40,524 nt of DNA, from the IMG/VR virus record IMGVR_UViG_3300045988_037302; one strand, written 5' to 3'. This document shows, one piece after another, positions 32,054 through 40,121 of this stretch. The notes beneath the pieces are model-generated. The model did not search any database and was not told where the DNA came from. It worked only from the letters and a program-made list of their open reading frames with translations. Numbering within the stretch: the first letter of the stretch is position 1; each line of letters opens with the position of its first letter. The position numbers were made by a program, and so were the translations under genes. The DNA is from a virus.

Positions 32054-32399
32054 TCTGAATGATTACATATCCGCAGAACGCACAAACCGGTACAAGGGAG
32101 CAAAGATGAAATCCAAGAATGAAGCAATTGTGAACTGTGCCATTTTGCAATGCATGAGGGGCGTGAGGATAGAAAAACCGGTGCACATGAAATACCGATG
32201 GTACGAGAAGAATAAGCGCCGCGATAAGGACAATATTTCTTCTTACGGGCGTAAGGTGATACAAGATTCTCTGGTATATTCCCACGTGCTTAAAAATGAT
32301 GGATGGAAAGAAATAACAGGATTCTCGGATGAATTTTTTGTAGATGCTGATAATCCCCGAATTGAAGTTCTGATCCGGGAGGTAGGGGATGATGGATAA
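32016..32399 (+). CDS. rusA: RusA-family Holliday junction resolvase
   Basis: VIPGRLDNLNDYI...RRDKDNISSYGRKVIQDSLVYSHVLKNDGW fits the RusA pattern (D.DN..K...D.L...g...DD). Start is uncertain: TTG 32016 after AAGGTGG, versus the track start at 31911. Confidence 0.65.
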   Translation: MEYLLVIPGRLDNLNDYISAERTNRYKGAKMKSKNEAIVNCAILQCMRGVRIEKPVHMKYRWYEKNKRRDKDNISSYGRKVIQDSLVYSHVLKNDGWKEITGFSDEFFVDADNPRIEVLIREVGDDG

Positions 32400-33120
32400 A
32401 AGCAGTTTTGTCATGTACGCGAAATATCTCCGGAATATTAAGAAACTTACGTTGGAGCAAAGAGGACTGCTATTTACAGCAATATTAAGCTATGCATCCG
32501 ATCAGGAAATACCAGAGTTGGACGCTGCTACTGATATGGCATTCAGTTTTATCCAAGAACAGATGGACCGAGATCATGAGGTATATTTGGAGAAGTGCAG
32601 GAAACGTAGTGAAGCCGGTAAGCTTGGCGGCAGACCGAAAGCAAATGCTTCTGACGAAAACCAAGTAAAAGCAAAAAAAGCAAATGGTTTTTCTGAAAAG
32701 CAAAATAACCCTGATACTGATAATGAACCTGATAGTGATAATGATACTGATAAAAAAATAAATACTTTGGCTGATGCTAAAGCAATGTTTGAACGTTTGT
32801 GGAAACTGTATCCAAACAAAAAAGGCAAAGGCCAGGTATCGGATACCCAAAAGAAGCGGCTACTCGCAATCGGGGAAGATAGGCTTGTTAAAGCGATTGA
32901 TCGCTACAGTCTTGAATTGCAGAAGGACGCCGACTGGAGGAAAGCACAGTACGGGAGCACATTTTTTAACAGTGGCTATGTGGATTATTTGGATGAAAAC
33001 TATGTACCTGGGAAGGAGCAGAAGCCTGCGGGTGCAAAAAATCAATTCAATGATTTCGAACAGCGTGAATGTGATTATGCGGATTTGGAAAGAACATTGC
33101 TCAATACACCGGTCCGGTAG
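32389..33120 (+). CDS. Putative replication-associated protein (DUF6291-like N-terminus, DnaD-like C-terminus)
   Basis: LTLEQRGLLFTAILSYASDQEIPELD...GKLGGRPK, then FERLWKLYPNKKGKG...STFFNSGYVDY. These are patterns I associate with phage replisome-organiser-like proteins. Tentative. Confidence 0.35.
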   Translation: MMDKSSFVMYAKYLRNIKKLTLEQRGLLFTAILSYASDQEIPELDAATDMAFSFIQEQMDRDHEVYLEKCRKRSEAGKLGGRPKANASDENQVKAKKANGFSEKQNNPDTDNEPDSDNDTDKKINTLADAKAMFERLWKLYPNKKGKGQVSDTQKKRLLAIGEDRLVKAIDRYSLELQKDADWRKAQYGSTFFNSGYVDYLDENYVPGKEQKPAGAKNQFNDFEQRECDYADLERTLLNTPVR

Positions 33121-33235
33121 GTTGAAACACCAGCGAAAGCAAAAGAAACCTGCAAGTGCGGAATTATAGTTATCACAAAAGCCATGTTCTTAACTTGCCG
33201 ACACCGGGGCGGCAATCGCCCCATTACCAAAAGGG

Positions 33236-33505
33236 GTGAGAGAAATACATAAAAGCAATAAGGACAAACGTCTGGAGCGTGAAAATATAAAGCTGATCGG
33301 GCAGATCCAGGGTTATGAGGATTCCAAACCGGAGCACCGGGACCCGAAAGCGTACAAAAAATTTAAGGCAGAGCCCACATACTATGGCAGTGGACGGATC
33401 TGCAGCTATGGGGACAAGACGAAAGTCTGTGATCCGAGTTGCAGATTTTGGAACACCTGTGTAAAAGGGCGGAATGCTGGAAAGGAGAATAAATGCACAG
33501 AGTAA
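33236..33505 (+). CDS. Cys-rich hypothetical protein (weak call)
   Basis: ORF with a GTG start and a poor RBS. Contains C...CDPSCRFWNTC. Confidence 0.25.
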   Translation: MREIHKSNKDKRLERENIKLIGQIQGYEDSKPEHRDPKAYKKFKAEPTYYGSGRICSYGDKTKVCDPSCRFWNTCVKGRNAGKENKCTE

Positions 33506-34101
33506 ATCAGAGAGAGCGGTTGATCCCGATGAACATATACCGGAAAGAGATTGCAAGGGCGCGTCTGGGGGATAATATTGCGAACCATATGGGATTTATA
33601 TTTGCCCTTGCACTGTATGACAAATTTGATCTGACATTTAAGCAGATCACGAACTATTACACCAAAACAGTAAACAAGCGTGTCGCGTGGCAGGACGATG
33701 ATAACGAAGATGTTACAAGTGAAAGCATAATGGAGTATTGCCGGAAACGGAAAATTGATGTGGTCGGCTGGGTAAAGTCGATACCGATGTCACAGAAACT
33801 GTACATGGCAGATATCCAGAAAGGGCACGCAGTGCTTGGAGCAGACCGCAATATCGAAAGTGCACTGGCATCGACAATGTACCTGACGATTCCCACGCTG
33901 AAAGAGTCGTATCGGTTCTCGAATGCTAAGATCAATGAGTTTATGAAGTGGGTTGCCTATTACATTGATTCCTACTGGAGAAAACAGCCGAAGAGCAAAG
34001 AACACTATCTGTCCGATGCGATTATCCGGCAGACATTTATTGAGGATGAGCATTGGGACATTGTTACAGGAAAGGCGGTAAAAGTGGAAAGTGAGGAATA
34101 G
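33493..34101 (+). CDS. Hypothetical protein
   Basis: 202-aa ORF, aaggagaataa before the ATG. No motif. Confidence 0.5.
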   Translation: MHRVNQRERLIPMNIYRKEIARARLGDNIANHMGFIFALALYDKFDLTFKQITNYYTKTVNKRVAWQDDDNEDVTSESIMEYCRKRKIDVVGWVKSIPMSQKLYMADIQKGHAVLGADRNIESALASTMYLTIPTLKESYRFSNAKINEFMKWVAYYIDSYWRKQPKSKEHYLSDAIIRQTFIEDEHWDIVTGKAVKVESEE

Positions 34102-34102
34102 T

Positions 34103-34474
34103 ATGGGCGGAAATGTAGTAAGCAACCTTTGTTCATTGCCAGCAACGGATTTGAATTTTACATCAGAACTTAATCGGGCAACGGCATATCAGATTAAGCA
34201 GGCAATCGAGACGATGAAACAAAACGGTGGGAAAAATAAAGGCAGGATTAAAGCCTGTGAAAGAGAACTGGAAAACAGAAGACTTACGAAAAAAGATAAG
34301 CATGGAAAGTATGTCTCTAAGGAGCATTTAAGCATTCTTTGTAATACATTTTCATCGGAACATAGGCTTAAAGCCATTCTGAACAAGCTTGGGGAATACG
34401 AAGATGCTGAACGGCAGGGGTTGCTTTTACAGTTACCATGCAAGGAAGTTAGGAGTAGAGGTGATGAAGAATGA
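34103..34474 (+). CDS. Hypothetical protein, paralog of 1046-1459
   Basis: GAGGA RBS precedes ATG 34103. The C-terminal LGEYEDAERQGLLLQLPCKEV matches LADYEDAEEHGLLLKLPCKVG of the 1046 product. Confidence 0.55.
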   Translation: MGGNVVSNLCSLPATDLNFTSELNRATAYQIKQAIETMKQNGGKNKGRIKACERELENRRLTKKDKHGKYVSKEHLSILCNTFSSEHRLKAILNKLGEYEDAERQGLLLQLPCKEVRSRGDEE

Positions 34475-34797
34475 GCGAAATGAAAGGTTATGCAATGGAA
34501 GAAGTTGCAGAGCACAGAAAAGATAAACTTGTAAGCGACTATAATTTTTGCAAGGCAAAATTAGCAGAAATCAGACGTCATGAGCAGGAAATTGAAAGCA
34601 TAAGAACCGCATATAACAAAATGATAGTCAAGTACAGAATGGAAAGTGTGGATAGAGTGCTTGATTACATAAGGACGGCAAAGATAACAGACGCTAAAGA
34701 GTTGGATACGCTGTTGTGCCACTGTCAGAATAAACTCGCAGGCAACATTGACGGAACAGAGTTAAAGCTATCAAGAAGTGGAGATAATGAAGAATGA
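34471..34797 (+). CDS. Hypothetical protein
   Basis: ATGA-coupled ORF, helical. Confidence 0.5.
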   Translation: MSEMKGYAMEEVAEHRKDKLVSDYNFCKAKLAEIRRHEQEIESIRTAYNKMIVKYRMESVDRVLDYIRTAKITDAKELDTLLCHCQNKLAGNIDGTELKLSRSGDNEE

Positions 34798-35015
34798 GTG
34801 AAGAATTGAAACCATGCCCGTTCTGCGGGGGTCAAGCAAAAATTAAAGCAGCTACAAAATCTTACGGTTTTACCATTTGGTGCAAATGTGAATGCGGTGC
34901 AAGGACAGAGGGATTTTGTCCGGATACAAACAAAGAGGATGACACTATGGAGAATATCGAGGAATGTAAGAAAAGGGCAATTAAAGCATGGAACAGGAGG
35001 GCGAACGATGAGTAG
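34794..35015 (+). CDS. Lar-family zinc-ribbon (restriction alleviation-like) protein, second copy
   Basis: KPCPFCGG...CKCECG...AIKAWNRR. Confidence 0.6.
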   Translation: MSEELKPCPFCGGQAKIKAATKSYGFTIWCKCECGARTEGFCPDTNKEDDTMENIEECKKRAIKAWNRRANDE

Positions 35016-35244
35016 ATTGATTGAAGCAGGTAAGATTTTGGATAATTTAAGCGGAATGCTTAAAAGTATGGATGATTACGATGCTGTAAAAAAAGTGATT
35101 AATGACATGCCGACCGCCTATGATGTAGATAAGGTTGTGGAGCAGTTGGAGGAATTTAGCGAAGAGATGGAGCAGTTTAAGTGCGGCGGAATGTTGTCAG
35201 ATATGATCGAGGTTGTAAAGGCAGGTGGTGTAGATGTCAATTAA
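35008..35244 (+). CDS. Hypothetical protein homologous to the C-terminal half of the 1613-1930 product
   Basis: KVVEQLEEFSEEMEQ...MIEVVKAGGVDV compares with RIVEQLEDISKVY...AVEIVKRGGADE. Confidence 0.5.
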   Translation: MSRLIEAGKILDNLSGMLKSMDDYDAVKKVINDMPTAYDVDKVVEQLEEFSEEMEQFKCGGMLSDMIEVVKAGGVDVN

Positions 35245-35839
35245 ACCGATTTTATTCAATATCGAAATGGTTCGTGCGATTTTGGACGGAAGAAAGAGCT
35301 GCACTCGGCGGCTGGTTAAACATGATGTTGAATCAGTTCTAAACAGTCCATATCATAAGGTGCATCCAGAGGTAGAGGATAAACAGATTATAAGCAAACT
35401 ATGCAATCCGCCATATCACACGGACGATATACTGTACGTGAGAGAAACATGGAGCGAAGCATATGAAGAGGGAACATATATTTACAGGGCTGATGATAAG
35501 CTGGCAGACTTGCCAACGTTCAAGGAATCATCAAAACTGATATACCGTCCGTCCATCCGCATGCCGAAAGAAGCCGCGCGTATCTGGCTGAAGGTTACGA
35601 ATGTGAGAGTGGAGCGGTTACAGCAGATTACGGAAGTCGGCATACGGAAAGAAGGAATTGAGGTAGATCCGAAGGAATGCGTTGGTAAATTTGATTTCAT
35701 CTCTGAATTGTTTTTCTTATTTCAGAGATTGTGGGATTCTACCATCAAGAAATCAGACCTTGACCGCTACGGTTGGGATGCAAACCCGTGGGTATGGGTG
35801 ATCGAATTTGAGCGGTGTGAAAAGCCGGAGGGAGTGTGA
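35234..35839 (+). CDS. ASCH/PUA-like domain protein
   Basis: N-terminal KPILFNIEMVRAILDGRKSCTRRLV is the pattern I associate with phage ASCH-domain proteins. Confidence 0.45.
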   Translation: MSIKPILFNIEMVRAILDGRKSCTRRLVKHDVESVLNSPYHKVHPEVEDKQIISKLCNPPYHTDDILYVRETWSEAYEEGTYIYRADDKLADLPTFKESSKLIYRPSIRMPKEAARIWLKVTNVRVERLQQITEVGIRKEGIEVDPKECVGKFDFISELFFLFQRLWDSTIKKSDLDRYGWDANPWVWVIEFERCEKPEGV

Positions 35840-35842
35840 GGT

Positions 35843-36136
35843 ATGACTGAACTTGAATGGAAAGAAGTCGAACCAGAGCAGGAAGACTGGAAGAAACAAA
35901 TTGATGTAGTTGCCTATTACGGAGATCTCGTCATAGGAAGCATTGTATATTGTGGTGAAGAAATTGGATGGCAGTCTGTCATTGATGGGCACATGGATTT
36001 TTTACAGGCAGAATCTCTGGAAGATGTGAAAGAAGAAATGATTGATGCGTTAGATAATCATTTCACAGACCAAATCAATTATTACAAAGAATTGCAGGAA
36101 AGCCTTGACGAATTAAGGGGGAATGAAAATGCCTAA
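35843..36136 (+). CDS. Hypothetical acidic protein
   Basis: ORF with a ggagtgtgagg RBS region. Confidence 0.45.
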   Translation: MTELEWKEVEPEQEDWKKQIDVVAYYGDLVIGSIVYCGEEIGWQSVIDGHMDFLQAESLEDVKEEMIDALDNHFTDQINYYKELQESLDELRGNENA

Positions 36137-36416
36137 AGCAGTATTGGTAATGAATATGCCGGAATCGTGCTTCGGATGCAATTTTATGTATTGTGACGAG
36201 GAAAGCGACACGGAGACTTGTCAAGCAATGGAAACGGCAAGGGATATCGACCTGATTGAAGATAGACCAGATTGGTGTCCGCTCCGGGAACTGCCGGAGA
36301 AGATGGAAGTGTGTGGGAAGTACCCGCAGCCGGGTAAGCCTGTCCCGTCGTATAGATTTGGTTGGAATGCTTGTTTAGATGAAATTTTAAAAACAGATGG
36401 AATGAGAAAGGAGTAA
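36123..36416 (+). CDS. Cys-rich hypothetical protein
   Basis: CFGCNFMYC...C...RPDWCPLRELP. Confidence 0.45.
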   Translation: MKMPKAVLVMNMPESCFGCNFMYCDEESDTETCQAMETARDIDLIEDRPDWCPLRELPEKMEVCGKYPQPGKPVPSYRFGWNACLDEILKTDGMRKE

Positions 36417-36563
36417 TGACAGAAGCCTTGGTAGACCAAGGTTGACCGCCTAAAGGTGAAGAAAGGCGAGAACAAAAGGAATTTAATTAGCGGTGTCGTA
36501 TGGCACTATTGGGAGCCGTAATTCCTTATCCACGGACACAGAGCAATCTGTTAAGTGGTTGTC

Positions 36564-37301
36564 ATGAAAAGATTAAAAGTATGTTGGGTAAGCGCAGGAA
36601 TATCAAGTTTTATGGCTGGATATCTTGCTGGAGATGTAGACGAATGGATTTACATTGACATTGCAGACCAACATCCAGACAGCATGAGATTTATTAAAGA
36701 TTGCGAAAAAGCAATCGGGAAGAAAATCACAGTGCTACGATCAACGGAATATCGAAATGTAGAAGATTGCGTAAGGGTGTTTGGTGGTTTTAAAAATTCG
36801 GCTAACGGATTTGCACCATGTACTAATTGGCTGAAAAAGCGAATCCGTAAAGAGTGGGAAGCTGAACATGCGGACTATGAGATCACGTATGTTTGGGGCT
36901 TCGACCTTAAGGAAAGGGACAGAGCCGATCGGACGATAGAAGCCAATCCGCAGGCTGCACATGAATTTCCGCTGATAGAAAAGAATTTATCAAAAGAAGA
37001 AGTGCATGGACTGTTTGAACGGACTTTTGCATTTGCCCGACCTTTGATGTATGACCTTGGTTATCCAAATAATAATTGTATCGGATGCGTAAAAGGTGGT
37101 ATGGGTTACTGGAATAGAATCAGAAAAGATTTCCCAGAAGTCTTTGCAAGCCGGGCGAAGTTGGAAAGAGAAGTCGGACACTCCATGTTGAAAGACAAAA
37201 ACGGTCCGGTATATCTGGATGAATTAGATCCCGATCGGGGAGACATGAATACAGAGATTATGCCGGAGTGTGGAATTATGTGCTACTTGAGCATGAAATA
37301 A
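36564..37301 (+). CDS. PP-loop ATP-pyrophosphatase / PAPS-reductase-like protein
   Basis: An N-terminal VCWVSAGISS occupies the position of the SGGxDS PP-loop. There is a downstream NNCIGCVKGG Cys pair. 245 aa, leading the methyltransferase genes. Confidence 0.55.
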   Translation: MKRLKVCWVSAGISSFMAGYLAGDVDEWIYIDIADQHPDSMRFIKDCEKAIGKKITVLRSTEYRNVEDCVRVFGGFKNSANGFAPCTNWLKKRIRKEWEAEHADYEITYVWGFDLKERDRADRTIEANPQAAHEFPLIEKNLSKEEVHGLFERTFAFARPLMYDLGYPNNNCIGCVKGGMGYWNRIRKDFPEVFASRAKLEREVGHSMLKDKNGPVYLDELDPDRGDMNTEIMPECGIMCYLSMK

Positions 37302-37598
37302 AAGTCTTTAGGATAAGTAGAAGGGCGGTCGGCAGTTGTGCTGACCAAGGTGTTACTTGTTTGTGTGGTTGGAATTTGTGTTGCCATAGTATCCTCCGTT
37401 TCCGTGCTAAAAGCACAAAGTGCAATTATTAAAGTCGCGATGAATTTTATGACTGCCAACCGAATTCCCTTCCCCCAAACGGTTTTACCCGCCTGCTTAT
37501 CATAAAGACAAGGACATTTTAAAACAAAGCATTCAAAAATGCAAGAAAGGAGCCGAACCTCCGGCCGGGGTAACGATATATCGGGTTCCTTTTGAAAA

Positions 37599-40121
37599 AT
37601 GACATATAAAGAATTTTTAGAAACAAAGATTGAACTTGCGACAGAAAGCGGATTTATTGTGGATCTGGAAAAAGTCAATAAGGTATTGAAACCGCATCAG
37701 AGGGATGCTGTGGTGTGGGCGCTGAAAGGCGGTAGGCGTGCACTGTTTGAAAGTTTCGGGCTTGGAAAGACCGTGCAGGAGATTGAGTTTTGCCACTTGG
37801 CAGCGGAGTACAGCGGTGGCCGTGCATTGATCGTGTTGCCGCTTGGAGTAAAGCAGGAGTTCACGCATGATGCGGTGGAAGTGCTTGGATATGAGAAACC
37901 GGAGTATTGCCGGACGATGGAAGAGGTGGAGCAGAGCACAAGCCAGATTGTATTAACAAATTATGAGCGTGTACGGGATGGGGATATCCGGCCAGATTAC
38001 TTTGCAGCAACATCACTCGACGAAGCCAGTGTTTTAAGAAGTTTCGGAAGTAAAACTTATCAGACGTTTTTAGATAAATTTAAAAATGTTCCGTATAAGC
38101 TGGTAGCCACGGCTACACCATCACCAAACAAATACAAAGAGCTGATCCATTATGCCGGATATTTGGAAGTGATGGATACCGGGCAGGCATTGACGCGGTT
38201 CTTCCAGAGAGACAGCACCAAAGCAAACAATCTGACCTTATATCCAAACATGGAAGATGAATTTTGGATGTGGGTAAGCAGTTGGGCACTTTTTATCACG
38301 AAACCTTCAGATCTCAATCCGGTATATTCCGATGAGGGATATGATCTGCCGCCGCTTGAAGTAAGATGGCATGAATTGCCGGTGCATTATGGCGATACTG
38401 CAGATCGGGACGGCCAGATGCAGTTATTTCAGGAAGCTGCCGAGGGATTGAAAGAAGCTGCGGCAGTTAAAAGAGAAAGCATTGACCGCCGTGCAACAGA
38501 AATGAAAAGGATTGTGGAAGAATCGCCGGATGATCATTTCTTGTTGTGGCACGATCTGGAGAATGAACGGCATGCGATCAAGAAAGTGCTGCCGGAAGTG
38601 GTGGATATCTACGGATCGATGGATTATGACCTGCGCGAGCAGAGGGTAATTGATTTTTCGAATGGACGGACAAAGTTGTTTGCAACGAAGAAATCATTGT
38701 CCGGATCCGGATGTAACTTTCAGAGATATTGCCACAGGGAGATATTTCTCGGAATTGATTATGAGTTTAATGATTTCATCCAAGCAGTACACCGGTGTTA
38801 CAGATTTTTACAGAAAGAGCCGGTCGTGATTGACATTATCTATATGGAAAATGAGCGGCAGATCAAGGAAGCGTTGCTGGAAAAATGGAAGAATCACAAT
38901 CACATGGTTGCAAAAATGATAGAGATTGTGAAGAGGTATGGACTTAATTCAGAGAATAAGACACGGCGGTTAGAAAGGAAGATGGGCGTGGAAGGCAGCA
39001 GAGAAGAAAGAACGGTTAGGGGAAACCATTATGAAGCGGTATATGGGGATTGTGTAGAGGAAACCCGGGCAATGGAGACAAACAGTATTGATCTGATACA
39101 TACCTCGATCCCATTCGGCAACCATTACGAATACAGCGCAAATTATAACGATTTCGGGCATAACCAGAACACGGACCGGTTCTTTGAACAGATGGATTTT
39201 CTCACACCGGAACTGCTCCGAGTCCTGAAGCCGGGTCGTGTGGCTGCAATCCATGTCAAAGATCGCGTACTGTTCGGAAATGCGACTGGTACCGGGATGC
39301 CTACAATCGAACCATTTCATGCGCTTTGCATTGCACATTACATGAAACACGGATTCCAGTATTTCGGTATGATTACTGTCGTGACTGATGTTGTCCGTGA
39401 GAATAACCAGACATACCGCCTTGGATGGACAGAACAGTGTAAGGATGGTTCAAAGATGGGTGTAGGATGCCCGGAATATATCCTGCTTTTCCGGAAGTTG
39501 CCGACAGATAGATCTACGGCATACGCGGATGATCCGGTCAAGAAATCCAAAGAGGATTACACCCGGGCACAATGGCAGATTGATGCACATGGTTACTGGA
39601 GATCGTCAGGAAACCGACTGATCAGCAAGGAAGAACTGAAAGAGTTTCCTGTGGACAGTTTACAGCAGGTGTACAGGGAATACAGCCGCGGCAATGTATA
39701 TAACTATGAGGATCATGTGAAACTTGCGGAAGATCTGGACAAGGACGGGAAGCTCCCGGCAACATTTATGGTAGTTGCACCGGGATCGTGGAATCAGTTG
39801 GAAGTGTGGGATGATATCAATCGGATGCGTACCCTTAACACCACGCAGAGCCGCAGACGCGCTCAGATGCACGTATGCCCGTTACAGTTGGATATCGTGG
39901 AGAGAATCATCAACAGATATAGCAATGAGGGTGATACGGTCTATGATCCGTTTGGTGGTCTGATGACGGTACCAATGACGGCGATTAAGATGCACCGGAA
40001 CGGCAAAGGATGTGAGCTAAACCCAGATTATTTCCGGGATGGCGTCGGATATCTGCAGGCTGCAGAGAATGAAGTTGACGAGCCGACATTGTTTGATTTC
40101 ATGCCGGAGGTGCTGCCATGA
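37599..40121 (+). CDS. SNF2/SF2 helicase domain fused to a beta-class N6-adenine/N4-cytosine DNA methyltransferase
   Basis: Helicase motifs LKPHQ, GLGKT, LDEAS, TATPSPN, SGSGCNFQ and QAVHRCYRFLQ. MTase motifs are TSIPFG (motif IV position, (D/S)PP(Y/F)-like) and the C-terminal VYDPFGGLMTVP (FxGxG), in beta-class order. Confidence 0.8.
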   Translation: MTYKEFLETKIELATESGFIVDLEKVNKVLKPHQRDAVVWALKGGRRALFESFGLGKTVQEIEFCHLAAEYSGGRALIVLPLGVKQEFTHDAVEVLGYEKPEYCRTMEEVEQSTSQIVLTNYERVRDGDIRPDYFAATSLDEASVLRSFGSKTYQTFLDKFKNVPYKLVATATPSPNKYKELIHYAGYLEVMDTGQALTRFFQRDSTKANNLTLYPNMEDEFWMWVSSWALFITKPSDLNPVYSDEGYDLPPLEVRWHELPVHYGDTADRDGQMQLFQEAAEGLKEAAAVKRESIDRRATEMKRIVEESPDDHFLLWHDLENERHAIKKVLPEVVDIYGSMDYDLREQRVIDFSNGRTKLFATKKSLSGSGCNFQRYCHREIFLGIDYEFNDFIQAVHRCYRFLQKEPVVIDIIYMENERQIKEALLEKWKNHNHMVAKMIEIVKRYGLNSENKTRRLERKMGVEGSREERTVRGNHYEAVYGDCVEETRAMETNSIDLIHTSIPFGNHYEYSANYNDFGHNQNTDRFFEQMDFLTPELLRVLKPGRVAAIHVKDRVLFGNATGTGMPTIEPFHALCIAHYMKHGFQYFGMITVVTDVVRENNQTYRLGWTEQCKDGSKMGVGCPEYILLFRKLPTDRSTAYADDPVKKSKEDYTRAQWQIDAHGYWRSSGNRLISKEELKEFPVDSLQQVYREYSRGNVYNYEDHVKLAEDLDKDGKLPATFMVVAPGSWNQLEVWDDINRMRTLNTTQSRRRAQMHVCPLQLDIVERIINRYSNEGDTVYDPFGGLMTVPMTAIKMHRNGKGCELNPDYFRDGVGYLQAAENEVDEPTLFDFMPEVLP

